The notes below the pieces were generated by a model. The model was not told the origin of the DNA and ran no database searches. It saw only the letters and a program-made list of their open reading frames with translations. From an uncultured Glaciecola sp. (lineage in GTDB: Bacteria > Pseudomonadota > Gammaproteobacteria > Enterobacterales > Alteromonadaceae): a stretch of DNA of 64,000 bases. Shown here piece by piece: positions 40,066 to 48,879 of the stretch; positions within the stretch are counted from its first letter, which is position 1, and each line of letters opens with the position of its first letter. A program made the translations under genes and the position numbers. The DNA lies in the NCBI GenBank assembly GCA_964446865.1, contig CAYURD010000008.1, forward strand, positions 4,593 to 68,592. The letters are read 5' to 3'.

Positions 40066-41094
40066 ATGCCTAACCCATTAACTGTAGTTTGCTCAGGCAC
40101 TGGCTATTTTAGTCAATTTCACTACGAAGCATGGTCAAGAGTAGAAGGCGCGACAATTGTAGGGGTTAACAATCGGAATCTCGACAAAGCGAAAGAGTTT
40201 TCTGAAACATACAAAATTGAGTACTATCATCACGATTTAGCAACCCTTCTTAAGCAGACGCGACCCGACATTGTTGATGTGATCACTCCCCCTCAAACTC
40301 ACTTAGCGGCGGTGAAGCTAGCGGCCGAGCTAAAAATAGACGTGATATGCCAAAAACCTTTTGGTGAGAACCTAGCGCAAGCACAAGAAATGACACGTAT
40401 TGCTGAACTTGCCGGTATAAAGCTTATCATTCATGAAAACTTTCGTTTTATGCCTTGGTTTCGAAAAATAAAATCCTTACTTGACGACAAGGCCGTAGGG
40501 GATGTTCTTAACGTCGAATTCAAACTGCGCCCGGGCGATGGCCAAGGACCTGATGCATATTTGCAAAGGCAGCCGTATTTTCAGACCATGCCCAAGTTTT
40601 TGGTACATGAAACTGCTATACATCTAGTCGATACTTTTCGATTCTTATTTGGCGAACCAAATAACTTATTTGCTAAATTACGTCGCTGCAATCCGCATAT
40701 AAAGGGAGAAGACGCCGGACTAATCGTGTTTGAATTTCAAAACAGCATTCAGGCGGTGTTTGACGGTAATCGTTTACTCGACCATAGTGCAAGTAATACT
40801 CGCCGTACTATGGGCGAATTTGAAGTTGCGGGCACCAAAGGTGAACTGAGAATAAATGGCGAAGGGGCAATTAGCTTGCGTAAATTTGCACAAGAATCTG
40901 CGCAAGAACAAACATACAAGTGGCAAGATTCTAATTTTGGTGGCGACTGTGTATTTAATACAATTGCGCACATTGTTGCGCATTATAACCAAGGTGAACA
41001 TTTAGAAAATCAGGCGCAAGACTATTTACAAAATATTAAGATAGAACAGGCCATTTACGAATCAGCACAAACGGGCCGTTTAATAAGGTTTTAG
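40066..41094 (+). CDS. Gfo/Idh/MocA NAD(P) sugar dehydrogenase (D-apiose dehydrogenase-like subgroup)
   Basis: GTGYFS, ICQKPF (Gln in place of the usual EKP Glu), HENFR, QPY, IHLVD, NPHIKGED. Confidence 0.8.
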   Translation: MPNPLTVVCSGTGYFSQFHYEAWSRVEGATIVGVNNRNLDKAKEFSETYKIEYYHHDLATLLKQTRPDIVDVITPPQTHLAAVKLAAELKIDVICQKPFGENLAQAQEMTRIAELAGIKLIIHENFRFMPWFRKIKSLLDDKAVGDVLNVEFKLRPGDGQGPDAYLQRQPYFQTMPKFLVHETAIHLVDTFRFLFGEPNNLFAKLRRCNPHIKGEDAGLIVFEFQNSIQAVFDGNRLLDHSASNTRRTMGEFEVAGTKGELRINGEGAISLRKFAQESAQEQTYKWQDSNFGGDCVFNTIAHIVAHYNQGEHLENQAQDYLQNIKIEQAIYESAQTGRLIRF

Positions 41095-41112
41095 GCCTTT
41101 TTTTGACCCACA

Positions 41113-42186
41113 ATGGTAAATACAGGACGTTCATCATGGAAAACTACTATCGATATTTATAACAACAAAGATCTTTTGATATCAAATTTACGTTTTGTTG
41201 GTAATAATTTAGTGCGCCCTGAGTGCGTAATTGCGACGCAAGCAGGTTACCAATATGTCTCGGATTTTAAAGGCGGCGTGAGCCAAATTGATCAACATGG
41301 AAAATGCACTTTTTACGGCGGGGCTAGCGTTGAGCACGCGCAAGATGGTACCGGTATTTTAAAGCCAAATGGTATATGCATGAATCCAGACGGCAGCTTT
41401 TTGATTGCCCACTTAGGCGAAAAAGACGGCGGCATTTACCGAATAAGTCGTGATCATAATGATAAGAACCAAATAAGCCCTTGGTTAATTGAACTAAATG
41501 GTCGGCCCTTGCCGCCGAGTAATTTTATCTATTTAGATCATCAGGGCCGATATTGGATAACGATTAGTACGCGCCATACACCTCGCGCCATAGCTTATCG
41601 CTCAGACATAAAAGATGGGTTTATCATTCTTGTCGACGACAACGGGCCTCGTATCGTTGCAGACAATATTGGCTACACCAACGAGGTATATGTTACGCCT
41701 TGTGGCAAAAAGCTTTATGTGAACGCAACGTTCAGCCGCGAAACCCTGAGTTTTGATATTGACAATAAAAACAACCTCATAAATAGACGAGTGGTAGCAC
41801 GCTACGGCGCAGGTATTTATCCAGACGGTTTAACCATGGATAACCAAGGGTATTTATGGATAACGAGTATTATTAGTAATAGTATCGTTAGAGTTAATCC
41901 TGATACTGGCAAAACCACACTTATGTTGCAAGACGCTGATCAATCGCATCTAGCTTGGGTGGAAAAGGCGTATTTAGCGCATAAAATGGGCCGCGAACAT
42001 CTTGATAATGTTCAAAGTAGCTTACTGCAAAACATCAGTTCACTCGCCTTTGCTGGTAAAGACTTGTCTTGTATATATTTAGGCTGTTTGTTGGGCGATT
42101 CAATTGCCAAAATATCAACTAATTTTAGCGGATTAGCGCCGAGTCATTGGCTGTTTGATTCGTCCCATTTGACGGTTAAACCATAA
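41113..42186 (+). CDS. SMP-30/gluconolactonase family protein (cytoplasmic)
   Basis: RPECV, PNGI, YTNE, YPDGLTMD, SSLAFAG; start codon uncertain. Confidence 0.82.
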   Translation: MVNTGRSSWKTTIDIYNNKDLLISNLRFVGNNLVRPECVIATQAGYQYVSDFKGGVSQIDQHGKCTFYGGASVEHAQDGTGILKPNGICMNPDGSFLIAHLGEKDGGIYRISRDHNDKNQISPWLIELNGRPLPPSNFIYLDHQGRYWITISTRHTPRAIAYRSDIKDGFIILVDDNGPRIVADNIGYTNEVYVTPCGKKLYVNATFSRETLSFDIDNKNNLINRRVVARYGAGIYPDGLTMDNQGYLWITSIISNSIVRVNPDTGKTTLMLQDADQSHLAWVEKAYLAHKMGREHLDNVQSSLLQNISSLAFAGKDLSCIYLGCLLGDSIAKISTNFSGLAPSHWLFDSSHLTVKP

Positions 42187-42214
42187 ACCCATGTATGAAA
42201 AAGAGGTAAACTTT

Positions 42215-43531
42215 GTGAACAAGCCATTCCTTATAAGCAAACTAGTCAGCGTTTTTGTTACGACTGTATTAGTATTTTTAAGCACCTATACTCAAGCACA
42301 AATAAACGATATTTGGATAGATTTAGCTGAAAACGAAAACTACGTGCCGCGCCACGAATGCTCGTTTGTACAAGCGGGTGACAAGTTTATCTTGTTTGGT
42401 GGGCGCGAATCATCAAAGCGACTTGATATGTATGATTTTGCTACCGACAAATGGCAACAAGGCGGTCAGGCTCCCCTAGAATTTAATCATTTTCAGGCTA
42501 CTTTTTACAAAGGTTTTGTATGGGTTATTGGAGCATTTAACAGTAATAATTTTCCCAAAGAACAACCCGAATCACATATTTGGCTTTACTACCCTCCCAC
42601 TCAAGCGTGGATTAAAGGGCCTGAAATTCCAGAATCTAGACGCAGAGGTGGAGCAGGTTTAGTCGTCTTCCAAGACAAGTTTTATTTACTAGGTGGTAAC
42701 ACTATTGGCCATGATGGCGGTTATGTAAATTGGTTTGATGAGTACGACCCTTATCAAAATAAGTGGAAGGTGTTAGAAAATGCTCCGCATGCGCGCGATC
42801 ATTTTCATGCTGCGATTTTAGATGGAAAGCTCTATGCCGCTGGAGGCCGATTATCTGGTGGTAAAAGCGGCGTGTTTGCGCCGCTGGTAAAAGAGGTTGA
42901 TACCTTTGACTTTGCGCTTAACAAGTGGAGCAGCCTAAAAAATGACTTACCAACGCCTCGCGCGGCTCCGGGCATTGCGGTATTTAACGGCGAACTTTTG
43001 GTCATGGGCGGTGAGGGTGAGCGCCAAAAACCAGCCTTTAAAAAAGTGGAAGCATACAACCCAAAAACACAAAAATGGACACAAAAAGCTGACATGAACT
43101 ACGCCCGTCATGGTACCCAAACAATCGTATCTGGCGAAGGCATATACATACTAGCAGGGTCACCCGTGCGCGGTGGCGGACGTCAAAAAAACATGGAGGT
43201 ATATAACAAAGATGCACCCAGTGGTGAAGCTCTAAAGAACGTTTCATTGGTGAGTCCAAAAACCATTAATATAGATGTAAATCGCATTGGAAAAATTGAA
43301 GCCAAGGTAGTCAATGGTAATACTAGCGTGTTTATCGAAAATATTTATATTAGTGGTAAAGACAAAGCACAATTTAAATTAAGTAGCCAAAGTGCGAGCC
43401 AACTTGTCGATGTCAGTGCATCAGTATTAATAGAGCACATTGGCGACAAGCGTGGTGACACCGCAACGGTGAATATTATATACAACGGCGGTCAACTAGT
43501 CAGCACGGTGGTGGTTGCCATGGTGCAATAA
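42215..43531 (+). CDS. Exported Kelch-repeat beta-propeller with C-terminal Ig-like domain
   Basis: Six Kelch-like repeats (ILFGG, WVIGA, YLLGG, YAAGG, LVMGG, YILAG, with Y/W signatures); GTG at 42215 after GAGG; signal peptide. Confidence 0.85.
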   Translation: MNKPFLISKLVSVFVTTVLVFLSTYTQAQINDIWIDLAENENYVPRHECSFVQAGDKFILFGGRESSKRLDMYDFATDKWQQGGQAPLEFNHFQATFYKGFVWVIGAFNSNNFPKEQPESHIWLYYPPTQAWIKGPEIPESRRRGGAGLVVFQDKFYLLGGNTIGHDGGYVNWFDEYDPYQNKWKVLENAPHARDHFHAAILDGKLYAAGGRLSGGKSGVFAPLVKEVDTFDFALNKWSSLKNDLPTPRAAPGIAVFNGELLVMGGEGERQKPAFKKVEAYNPKTQKWTQKADMNYARHGTQTIVSGEGIYILAGSPVRGGGRQKNMEVYNKDAPSGEALKNVSLVSPKTINIDVNRIGKIEAKVVNGNTSVFIENIYISGKDKAQFKLSSQSASQLVDVSASVLIEHIGDKRGDTATVNIIYNGGQLVSTVVVAMVQ

Positions 43532-43682
43532 AGTAAAGCAAATTCTCGGTTTATTTGCTCACTCTTCTCAATAAGATTCCACAAAATACTACCTTTATAA
43601 AGGTGCTTAAGTGTGTCTAAAAAAGGAAGAAATTATCTGAATAACTCATCAATATAGTTAAATCTTACGTAATCCCCTTGCA

Positions 43683-43716
43683 ATTGTGTGCAATTTAAGT
43701 AAATATTGTGTGCAGA
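43683..43716. promoter_or_regulatory. Tandem GntR-like operator over the TonB receptor promoter
   Basis: ATTGTGTGCAAT (43683) and ATTGTGTGCAGA (43705), 22 bp apart; similar pair at 56603/56624. Confidence 0.6.
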
Positions 43717-43724
43717 ACGAGCGC

Positions 43725-43745
43725 AATGTGAAATTTGTTCACATT
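43725..43745. promoter_or_regulatory. Palindromic operator upstream of the TonB receptor
   Basis: AATGTGAA-ATTTG-TTCACATT perfect 8-5-8 inverted repeat. Confidence 0.65.
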
Positions 43746-43791
43746 TAAAAACAGACTCGTAACACAAAAACAAATGGATAAGGTAACGTAG

Positions 43792-46700
43792 ATGGTTTCT
43801 AAAAATAAATTCCAGTACTCACTTCTAGCCAAGAGTATTAGCGTAATGTTAGGCACAACGGCCCTAACACCTGTAATCGCTCAAGAAGCGTCCACTAACA
43901 ACGATGATGCCTTAGAAATCATCCAAGTGAGAGGGATTAGAGGAAGCTTACAAGAATCAATGAATATCAAACGCCAATCTATAGGTGTTGTTGATGCTAT
44001 TTCTGCTGAAGATATTGGAAAGTTCCCAGATACTAACCTTGCGGAGTCTCTTCAACGTATTACAGGTGTCTCAATTGATAGAAATAACGGAGAAGGACAA
44101 AACGTCACTGTTCGTGGATTTGGTGCCGATAAAAATATGGTGACCCTAAATGGCAGAATGATGCCAGCAGCTTCAGCTTACGGCAATGGTGGTGGGTCTT
44201 CTCGTGCGTTTGATTTTGGTAATCTAGCGTCAGAAAGTGTCAGAGGCGTAGAAGTATACAAAACCGGTAAAGCCAATATATCAACCGGTGGTATCGGCGC
44301 AACAATTAACATCATTACGGCTAAGCCATTACAAAGTGAAGGCCTACAGGCAAGCGTTGGTATAAAAGCATTAAGCGATACCACCAATGTAACTGGTGAC
44401 GATATTACGCCAGAAATATCTGGACTGTTTAGTTATACCAATGATGATGCTACATGGGGTGTTGGGCTAAGCGTCAGCAACCAAGTTCGTCACAGTGGAG
44501 CCTCTAGAGCAGGTGTAGGCGGCTGGCGTTTTCAAGAGTGGAATCCTCAGGTCAATACTGCAAATGGTACAACAAGGTACCAAGGTTTTGGGATCGCAGA
44601 TGGCCCTAATGGAGAACAAAGCTCTGCCTATACAGATGGTCAAATCACTAATGCGCCTGAGGTTGGTCAACTATTTGGTGTGCCAAATGATTTGCGTTAC
44701 TACCACTCTGACTTTGAAAGGGAACGAACAAATGCGCAATTAACACTTCAATTTGCACCAAACGAGAACCTAACAGCATCTCTAGATTACACCTATGCAA
44801 AAAATGAATTGTTCGAAGCCGAAGCTCAGGCTGGTTTTTGGCTAACAAGAAGTCACGATAGTATTACTTTTGACACCGACCAACCTGTCGCTACTGGTAT
44901 TTTGATTGCAGAATCTCCGGGCGGCACTAAAGATAACACCGCCACTCAAATTTACACGTCTCAAGTAAACACTCTCGATTCGATTGGCCTAAACCTCGAA
45001 TACGTTGTTAACGACGACTTCTCGTTAGCATTTGATGTGCATGATTCAACAATGGAAAGTGCGCCCAACAACCTTGGCGGCGTCAAAGACGCAGGTCGCA
45101 TAATAGCTGGTCTAGCGTCTCCAGTGGGTTTAACGCAGCAATACGATTTTACGGGCGTTTTCCCACGCATACAGGTCACCACTGACGATTGTGTAAAAAA
45201 TAGAACCACCGATAAGCAAAACCTGCCCGCTTGCAACGGTGTATGGGATACGACTGATATAGGTACAAACTATGCAAGAATAAATTCTTCTGCACAAGAA
45301 ACCGGGATAACGCAAATAAAACTAGACGGCGAGTACTTGTTTGACGAAGGGAAGTTTGATTTTGGTGTTGAAGTACGTTCGATGGAAATGCGTCAATTGC
45401 AATCAAACTCCACCCTTAGACAAGGTGACTGGGGTATTGCAAACCCAGGTGAAATACCCGATGGATTATTGCAAGAGTTTGATATTTTAGGCCAGTTCTC
45501 AGACTATAATACTAGCAATACAGGCATTACTGCTTTTAGAGGAAATGCGGTTGATATTACCCGTTGGTCACTTGCCGATTATGGTTATGAGTTTGCGACG
45601 GAATTTGATATTACCGGTGTACGTGATGATGATCACACCGTAAAAGAAGATACCTTTTCAGTTTATGGGCAATATTCCCTAAACGCTGAAATCGGCTCAA
45701 TGGAAACCAATGTATTGGCTGGTATTCGATATGAAAGCACCGATGTATCATCCACGTCAATTCAAGCTATTCCAGTATCCTTGGTTTGGACAGATAACAA
45801 TGATTTCTCGATGATCTTCAGTAGCGAAACTGACGGTGTAATGGAAGAGCATAGTTATAATCACATCTTACCAAGCTTAGACATTGATGTGTCTGTAACT
45901 GATGAAATCAAAGCAAGGGTGTCGTTTGGTCAAACAATAGCTAGAGCTAATTATAATGATTTAAGAGCATCTGTTTCGGGTATTGGTACTGACGCCCCTA
46001 CTATTATTGGTTCGACACCACGTGCATCTTCTTCAAACCCTGGGCTTGTCCCGCTGTTATCAACTAACTTGGATGTGTCGGTAGAATACTATTTTGATGA
46101 TACAAGTTACGTTTCAGTTGGTTATTTTGACAAGCGAGTAAGTAACTTTATTGGTAACGAGCAAGTAGAGCTACCTCAGTTTGATTTGCGAGACGCTACT
46201 TCTGGACCGCGAGCTCAGGCGGCGCTCAATGCCCTAAATGCCAATGGTATTACCTTAGAAGAAACCTCTTTGTTTGTAATGACAGCTATATTGGCAAATC
46301 CACAGGATTTCCCCAATGGTGCGGCTGATTACGTGCCAGGCTTAGCATTTGCTGAACAAATTGCAACCGCTTACGACATTGTCCCCGACGCTTCAGATCC
46401 GCAGTATCAGTTTTTAACGTCACGACCTATCAACAATAGAGATGCTAATTTATATGGCGCTGAGTTTGCGGCGCAGCACTTCTTTGGCGATAGTGGATTT
46501 GGTTTATCTGCAAACTACACTTTGGTTAGGGGTGACGTGAAATATGACAATACGGCTTCGCCATCAATTTCACAATTTGCGCTGACGGGCCTAAGCGATA
46601 GTGCAAACTTAGTCGGAATATATGAAAAAGATGGTTTACAAGCTCGAATCGCTTATAACTGGCGAGATGAATTTTTAACCCAGGCAGGCAGAACCCCATC

Positions 46701-46890
46701 TTACACGGAAGCATATTCTCAATGGGACTTTACTGTGAGTTACGATGTAAGTGAACAGCTCAATATCTCAGTGCAAGGTATAAACGTGACTAACGAAGAT
46801 CAGCGAACCCATGCTAGGTCAAAACGTCAAATTTGGAATATTATTGACCTAGGCGCTAGATATCAAATCGCGGCAAGATATGTATTTTAA
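43792..46890 (+). CDS. TonB-dependent receptor (glycan-type)
   Basis: TonB box EIIQVRG, plug DAISAEDIGKFPDTNLAESLQRITGV, C-terminal ARYVF. Confidence 0.96.
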   Translation: MVSKNKFQYSLLAKSISVMLGTTALTPVIAQEASTNNDDALEIIQVRGIRGSLQESMNIKRQSIGVVDAISAEDIGKFPDTNLAESLQRITGVSIDRNNGEGQNVTVRGFGADKNMVTLNGRMMPAASAYGNGGGSSRAFDFGNLASESVRGVEVYKTGKANISTGGIGATINIITAKPLQSEGLQASVGIKALSDTTNVTGDDITPEISGLFSYTNDDATWGVGLSVSNQVRHSGASRAGVGGWRFQEWNPQVNTANGTTRYQGFGIADGPNGEQSSAYTDGQITNAPEVGQLFGVPNDLRYYHSDFERERTNAQLTLQFAPNENLTASLDYTYAKNELFEAEAQAGFWLTRSHDSITFDTDQPVATGILIAESPGGTKDNTATQIYTSQVNTLDSIGLNLEYVVNDDFSLAFDVHDSTMESAPNNLGGVKDAGRIIAGLASPVGLTQQYDFTGVFPRIQVTTDDCVKNRTTDKQNLPACNGVWDTTDIGTNYARINSSAQETGITQIKLDGEYLFDEGKFDFGVEVRSMEMRQLQSNSTLRQGDWGIANPGEIPDGLLQEFDILGQFSDYNTSNTGITAFRGNAVDITRWSLADYGYEFATEFDITGVRDDDHTVKEDTFSVYGQYSLNAEIGSMETNVLAGIRYESTDVSSTSIQAIPVSLVWTDNNDFSMIFSSETDGVMEEHSYNHILPSLDIDVSVTDEIKARVSFGQTIARANYNDLRASVSGIGTDAPTIIGSTPRASSSNPGLVPLLSTNLDVSVEYYFDDTSYVSVGYFDKRVSNFIGNEQVELPQFDLRDATSGPRAQAALNALNANGITLEETSLFVMTAILANPQDFPNGAADYVPGLAFAEQIATAYDIVPDASDPQYQFLTSRPINNRDANLYGAEFAAQHFFGDSGFGLSANYTLVRGDVKYDNTASPSISQFALTGLSDSANLVGIYEKDGLQARIAYNWRDEFLTQAGRTPSYTEAYSQWDFTVSYDVSEQLNISVQGINVTNEDQRTHARSKRQIWNIIDLGARYQIAARYVF

Positions 46891-46931
46891 TCCAAACCCA
46901 ATAAAGAGCTAAAGGTTTTACCTAGTAACCA

Positions 46932-47050
46932 CGGGATATTGCCAAGAATACTTGCATTATCCCGATAATTTTGGCTTTATAGGAACTGTCGGTCTCATTT
47001 GTTTGTGTGTGTGTGTACGTGTGAGAACGGCAGGTCCTATATCCAAGCCA
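46932..47050 (+). ncRNA. Candidate structured 3'-UTR RNA: two hairpins, the second with a GU-rich loop
   Basis: Stem 46932-46964 (CGGGATA...TATCCCG); stem 46979-46997/47022-47040 (17 of 19 pairs including one GU) enclosing TTTGTTTGTGTGTGTGTGTACGTG. Confidence 0.5.
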
Positions 47051-47067
47051 TTAAGAAGTACCCAATT

Positions 47068-47799
47068 ATGCCCAGTCATCAAGTTCTAAATAACATCCAG
47101 CATAAAGATACAAAAATAATCAATCAATATGGTGCAAAATTCGGGGATAATATTGGCACAGTAATCTCGTTTCCATTTGAATTTATGGCTCTTCACAAAG
47201 AGTATCCAATCTTCTTTCGCAAAGATGATACAAATGGTAGCTTTCAAGCTGTGGCTATGCTTGGATTTATGCAAGACCGCAATCTATTTTTAGGTAAAGA
47301 CGATGAATGGCGAGCAAACTATACACCTGCCGCTATAGCGAGAGGGCCATTTTTTATCGGATTCCAAAATCAATCAGCAGATAATGGCCCGTCCAATGCA
47401 CCCGTTATTCACATAGATATGTCTCACCCAAAAGTAAATGATAAAGAAGGTCAAGCCGTGTTCTTAGAGCATGGTGGCAACAGTCCATATTTGGAAGATA
47501 TCAGCAAACTATTAGGCTACATGATGGACGGACTCGAAGAATGTAATCTAATGATTTCTAATTTTGACAAGTTAGGCCTTATAGAACCAATAGAGCTTCA
47601 AGTTGCCTCAGGTGAAAATCAAGTGCATAAGTTACATGGTAACTACACTATTAGTCAGGATGCCTTAGCAAATTTGTCTGCCGAGAACTTAAAAGCATTG
47701 CAAAATTCTGGTTTTTTACATCATGCTTATATGATGATCGCATCATTAAGCAATATACAAAAACTCGTTAACTGGCAGAATGACTTGACGGTAGGCTAG
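47068..47799 (+). CDS. sapC: SapC family protein
   Basis: LNNIQH, EF...EYPIFF, NLFL, WRANYTPA...RGPF, FLEHGGNSPYL, ASLSNI; ATG at 47068. Confidence 0.85.
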   Translation: MPSHQVLNNIQHKDTKIINQYGAKFGDNIGTVISFPFEFMALHKEYPIFFRKDDTNGSFQAVAMLGFMQDRNLFLGKDDEWRANYTPAAIARGPFFIGFQNQSADNGPSNAPVIHIDMSHPKVNDKEGQAVFLEHGGNSPYLEDISKLLGYMMDGLEECNLMISNFDKLGLIEPIELQVASGENQVHKLHGNYTISQDALANLSAENLKALQNSGFLHHAYMMIASLSNIQKLVNWQNDLTVG

Positions 47800-47834
47800 T
47801 TAAAAAAAACTGTCGAGACAGGCAAACCAAAAAT

Positions 47835-48869
47835 ATGAAGACAATACCCACTGAGTCCTTAGTTGATGAAATTGAAATTGACCTTTCCGGCGGCATACCA
47901 AGCGAGGTACTCGAGTCAACTACTCCTCTCATTCTAAGGGGTGCATTATCGACATGGCCTTTAGTGGAGGTAGGTAAGCAAAGTCCATCTAGCACAGTAA
48001 AATACTTAAAAAGCCATTATAACGGACAGTCTGCAGGTGCCTATTTTGCCAAGCCTGAAGTGGGCGGTCGCTTTTTTTATAACGAAGACTTAAGTGCGCT
48101 AAATTTTGAAATCAAAAGTGTCCAACTTGATGCATTCTTAGATACCATTTTAAGCCACATAAATGACACTAATCCACCCGGTTTATATATTGCGTCGAAC
48201 AGAATCGACCAGCACTTTCCATCTCTAGGTGACGAAAATCAATTACCATTAAAGCATAATAGGGTGCTACATGATGCGCCCTTTCATAGCATCTGGATTG
48301 GTAATAAAACACTAGTTTCATGTCACTTTGATGCATTTTCTAATATAGCTTGCTGCGCGGTAGGTCAACGGGAATTTACGCTATTCCCACCTGATCAAAT
48401 TGATAACTTATACCCTGGGCCACTGACGCCAACACCGGGCGGCCAAATCGTCAGTATGGTTGACTTTAAGCAGCCCGACCTTAGCCTGCATCCCAACTTT
48501 GAATTGGCTTTACAAAAAGCCCAGGTAGCTCGATTAGAAGCCGGTGACGCTATTGTTATCCCAACAATGTGGTGGCATCAGGTAGAAGCCTTGAGTAAGT
48601 TTAATGTGCTAGTAAATTACTGGTGGACTTATAACCCCAAATTTATGGGCCAAGGAATGGAAGTACTACTGCATGCCCTGCTAAGTTTGCGAGACCAATC
48701 TGAGCAGGAAAAAGTAGCTTGGCAGCATATTTTTAACTACTATATTTTTTCTGACAAAGATAAAGCCAAAGCGCACATACCGGCCCCTGCACTAGGCCTA
48801 TTAGATGAACCAAGCGACATGAAGGCGCGACAACTCAAAGCAATGATTTTACGCAAACTTAACAGATAA
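47835..48869 (+). CDS. JmjC/cupin-8 (Pass1-like) putative Fe/2OG oxygenase
   Basis: IWIGN, HFD...H facial triad (CHFDAF; WWHQVEAL), LVNYWW. Confidence 0.88.
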   Translation: MKTIPTESLVDEIEIDLSGGIPSEVLESTTPLILRGALSTWPLVEVGKQSPSSTVKYLKSHYNGQSAGAYFAKPEVGGRFFYNEDLSALNFEIKSVQLDAFLDTILSHINDTNPPGLYIASNRIDQHFPSLGDENQLPLKHNRVLHDAPFHSIWIGNKTLVSCHFDAFSNIACCAVGQREFTLFPPDQIDNLYPGPLTPTPGGQIVSMVDFKQPDLSLHPNFELALQKAQVARLEAGDAIVIPTMWWHQVEALSKFNVLVNYWWTYNPKFMGQGMEVLLHALLSLRDQSEQEKVAWQHIFNYYIFSDKDKAKAHIPAPALGLLDEPSDMKARQLKAMILRKLNR

Positions 48870-48879
48870 GAAGTAGCGA

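Noticed and set aside
43725-43745. CRP/FNR site
   Set aside because: The spacer is N7, not N6; kept as an unknown operator instead.
46999-47067. N-terminal extension of SapC (MFVCVCTC...) and the (GT)n tract as a phase-variable repeat
   Set aside because: The family-like sequence begins at ATG 47068; the tract is short and better explained as a hairpin loop.
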